Of a stretch of 22,507 nt of DNA, positions 20,322 through 22,507 are shown piece by piece; positions within the stretch are counted from its first letter, which is position 1, and every line of letters starts with the position of its first letter. Source of the stretch: Chiloscyllium plagiosum (Eukaryota); NCBI RefSeq assembly GCF_004010195.1, contig NC_057719.1, positions 59,041,106 through 59,063,612 of the forward strand. Reading direction: 5' to 3'. Under the pieces are notes generated by a model that had not been told where the DNA came from, made no database searches, and was given only the letters and a program-made list of their open reading frames with translations. A program made the position numbers and the translations under genes.

Positions 20322-21669
20322 ACATAGAACATAGAACAGTACAGCACAGTACAGGCCCTTCAGTCTAATCTAAGATAACCTAACCTACACACCCCTCAAT
20401 TTACTGCTGTCCACATGCTTGTCCAGCAATCGCTTAAATGTCCCTAATGTCTACTACCACCACTGGCAATGTATTTTACACACCTACCACTCTCTGTGTA
20501 AAGAACCTACCTCTGACATTTCCCCTATACCTTCCTCCAAACATCTTAAAATTATGACCCCTCCTGACAGTCATTTCTGCCCTGGGGAAAAGTCTGGCTA
20601 TCCACTGTATCTATGACTCTCATTACGTTGTATCAAATCACCTCTCTTCCTTCTTCTCTCCAGTTTGAAAAGCCCTAGATCACCCAACTTCTCTTCATAA
20701 GACAAGCCCTCCAATCCAAGCAGCGTCCTGGTAAATCTCCTCTGCACCCTCTCTAAAGCATCTAGATCTTTCCTGTAATGAGGTGACTAGAACTGGACAC
20801 AACATTCCAGTGTGGTCTAACCAGGGTTTTATAGAGCTGTAGCAAAACCTCGCAGCTTTTGAACTCAATCCCCCTGTTAATGAAAGCCAAAATATCATAC
20901 GCTTTCTCAAAAACCCTATAAACCTGGGTAGCAACTTTGTGGGATCTATGGACATGGAGTCCGCTGTTCTTCCACACTGCCAAGAATCTTGTCTTTAACC
21001 CTACATTTAACATTTAAATTTGACTTTCCAAAATGAATCACTTTGCATTTATCCAGGTTAAACTCCATCTGCCACTTCTCAGCCCAGTTTGGCATCCTGT
21101 TAATGTCATGTTATAGCCTGTAACAGCTTTCAACACTATCTACAACACCATTGACCTTTGTGTCATTGGCAATCTTACTAACCCACCCTTCCACTTCTTT
21201 ATCCAAGTCATTTACAAAAACTACAAAGAGCAGAGGCCCAAGAACAGATCCCTGTGGGACACCACTGGTCACAAACCTCCAGGCGGAATACTTTTCATGC
21301 ATTACCACTTATTATCTTCTTCTGGCAAGCCAATTCTGTATCCACGCAGCCAAACTTCCCTGTAATCCATACCTCCCAACTTTCTGAATGAGCCTACAGT
21401 AGGGAACTTTATCAAATGCCTTACTGAAATCCATACACAACCCATCCACTGCTTGATCTTTGTCACCTTGCCTCGTCTCGTCCTCAAAGAACTCAATGTT
21501 TTTGAGGCATGACCTGCCCCTCACAAAGCCATGTTGACTTTCTTTAATCGAACTACGTTTTTCCAAACAGTAATGAATCCTACCTCTCACACTCCTTTCC
21601 AATGCCTTGCTTACCACAGATGTAAGACTCACTGGTCTGTAATTCCCAGGTATTTTCCTATTCCCTTTC
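20322..21669 (-). mobile_element. 5'-truncated CR1 LINE
   Basis: (ACATAGA)n tail on the plus strand. Minus strand has SLTSVVSK..SQHGFVRGRSCL..DFSKAFDKVP, SGVPQGSVLGPLLF and LYKTLVRPH. Confidence 0.93.
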
Positions 21670-22507
21670 TTTTTTTTGTAAATTTATTTATTAATTAGCA
21701 AATTTTTTTTAACTTTACAAACATATAAAATATTGGAAAAAAATCACTAACAAATATCAGTATAATAAAAAGAAAAAAAACACAAATTACAATACAGCTA
21801 CTATCTACTAACTACTAACCTACCCTCTAATACAAAGCAAACCCTAACACTGTGCAAAGCAACACCAAAAAAAAAGAAAAGCAAAAAAATAAAAAAAAAG
21901 CAAAATACAGAACAGCTATGCTCATCGCAAAGCTCCCAAACAAAGGAACGGGAGCATTGTATACATACCCGTATTAACTCATGAGACCCCCTCCAGGGCC
22001 CAGAGCTTGACAAATCTAATCATCCTGGTTAAACAAACACTCTAGTTAAGATAACTGACAAATCTATATCCAAATAACTCAAGTAGGGCTGCCATGTCTT
22101 ATCAAAATGGTTGTGTGGTGCACCACGTTTGTAAAAAAGTCCAAGGGAATATGCTCCACAATTAATTTCTGCCATCCCAGCAAGTCCACCGGGTTCTCAG
22201 ACACCCAATTCATCAAAATATTCTTCTGTGCACAGTATGCAAGAGTATTAAATAGTTTCTTCTCATGCCTGTCTAAAGATGGTACATTTGGTAGACCTGA
22301 GAGGAGAGATATCAGGTCTACTTTGACTTCAGTCCTCAATACCCTCCCTATCTCTCCCGCCACAGCGCTCCAATAAACACATGTCCAGGAGCAATGGGTA
22401 AGAGTACCTACACTTATTTTACATTTGGGGCACATTGAAGATGCCCCTTTTTTAAACTTCGCCAGATGGTCTGGTGCCAGATGAGCCCTGTGCAGAACTT
22501 TTAACTG
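21669..22507 (-). mobile_element. L1-clade LINE 3' end (ORF2 cysteine-rich C-terminus, 3' UTR, A-rich tail); runs off the window
   Basis: QLKVLHRAHLAP...CPKC...GTLTHCSWTC (CCHC knuckle), a T-rich UTR, AATAAA (21684-21689) and a short A tail. Confidence 0.85.

Overview
Eukaryotic, AT-rich, repeat-dense DNA, most likely from a cartilaginous fish (inferred from HE1-type SINEs, a Deu-domain SINE and CR1 LINEs). No intact protein-coding gene is visible. The right half is a nested pile of decayed retroelements: CR1, L1, a Rex1-like tail, a Gypsy LTR element and a Penelope-like element (PLE). A second PLE lies at 5.7-7.1 kb. Two signals go beyond ordinary repeat annotation. (1) A family of short non-coding fold-back elements whose arms each carry a minimal type I hammerhead ribozyme; one is a perfect 92-bp-arm palindrome with a perfect 11-12 bp target-site duplication. 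Further hammerheads occur in both PLEs. (2) A series of minus-strand segments between about 380 and 10,700, bounded by splice-like sites, whose stop-riddled translations resemble tandem macrodomains (PARP14/15/9-like), possibly preceded by small-GTPase-like motifs. This is a candidate fossil multi-exon gene that the ORF track does not show. All family assignments are by eye, not from database searches.
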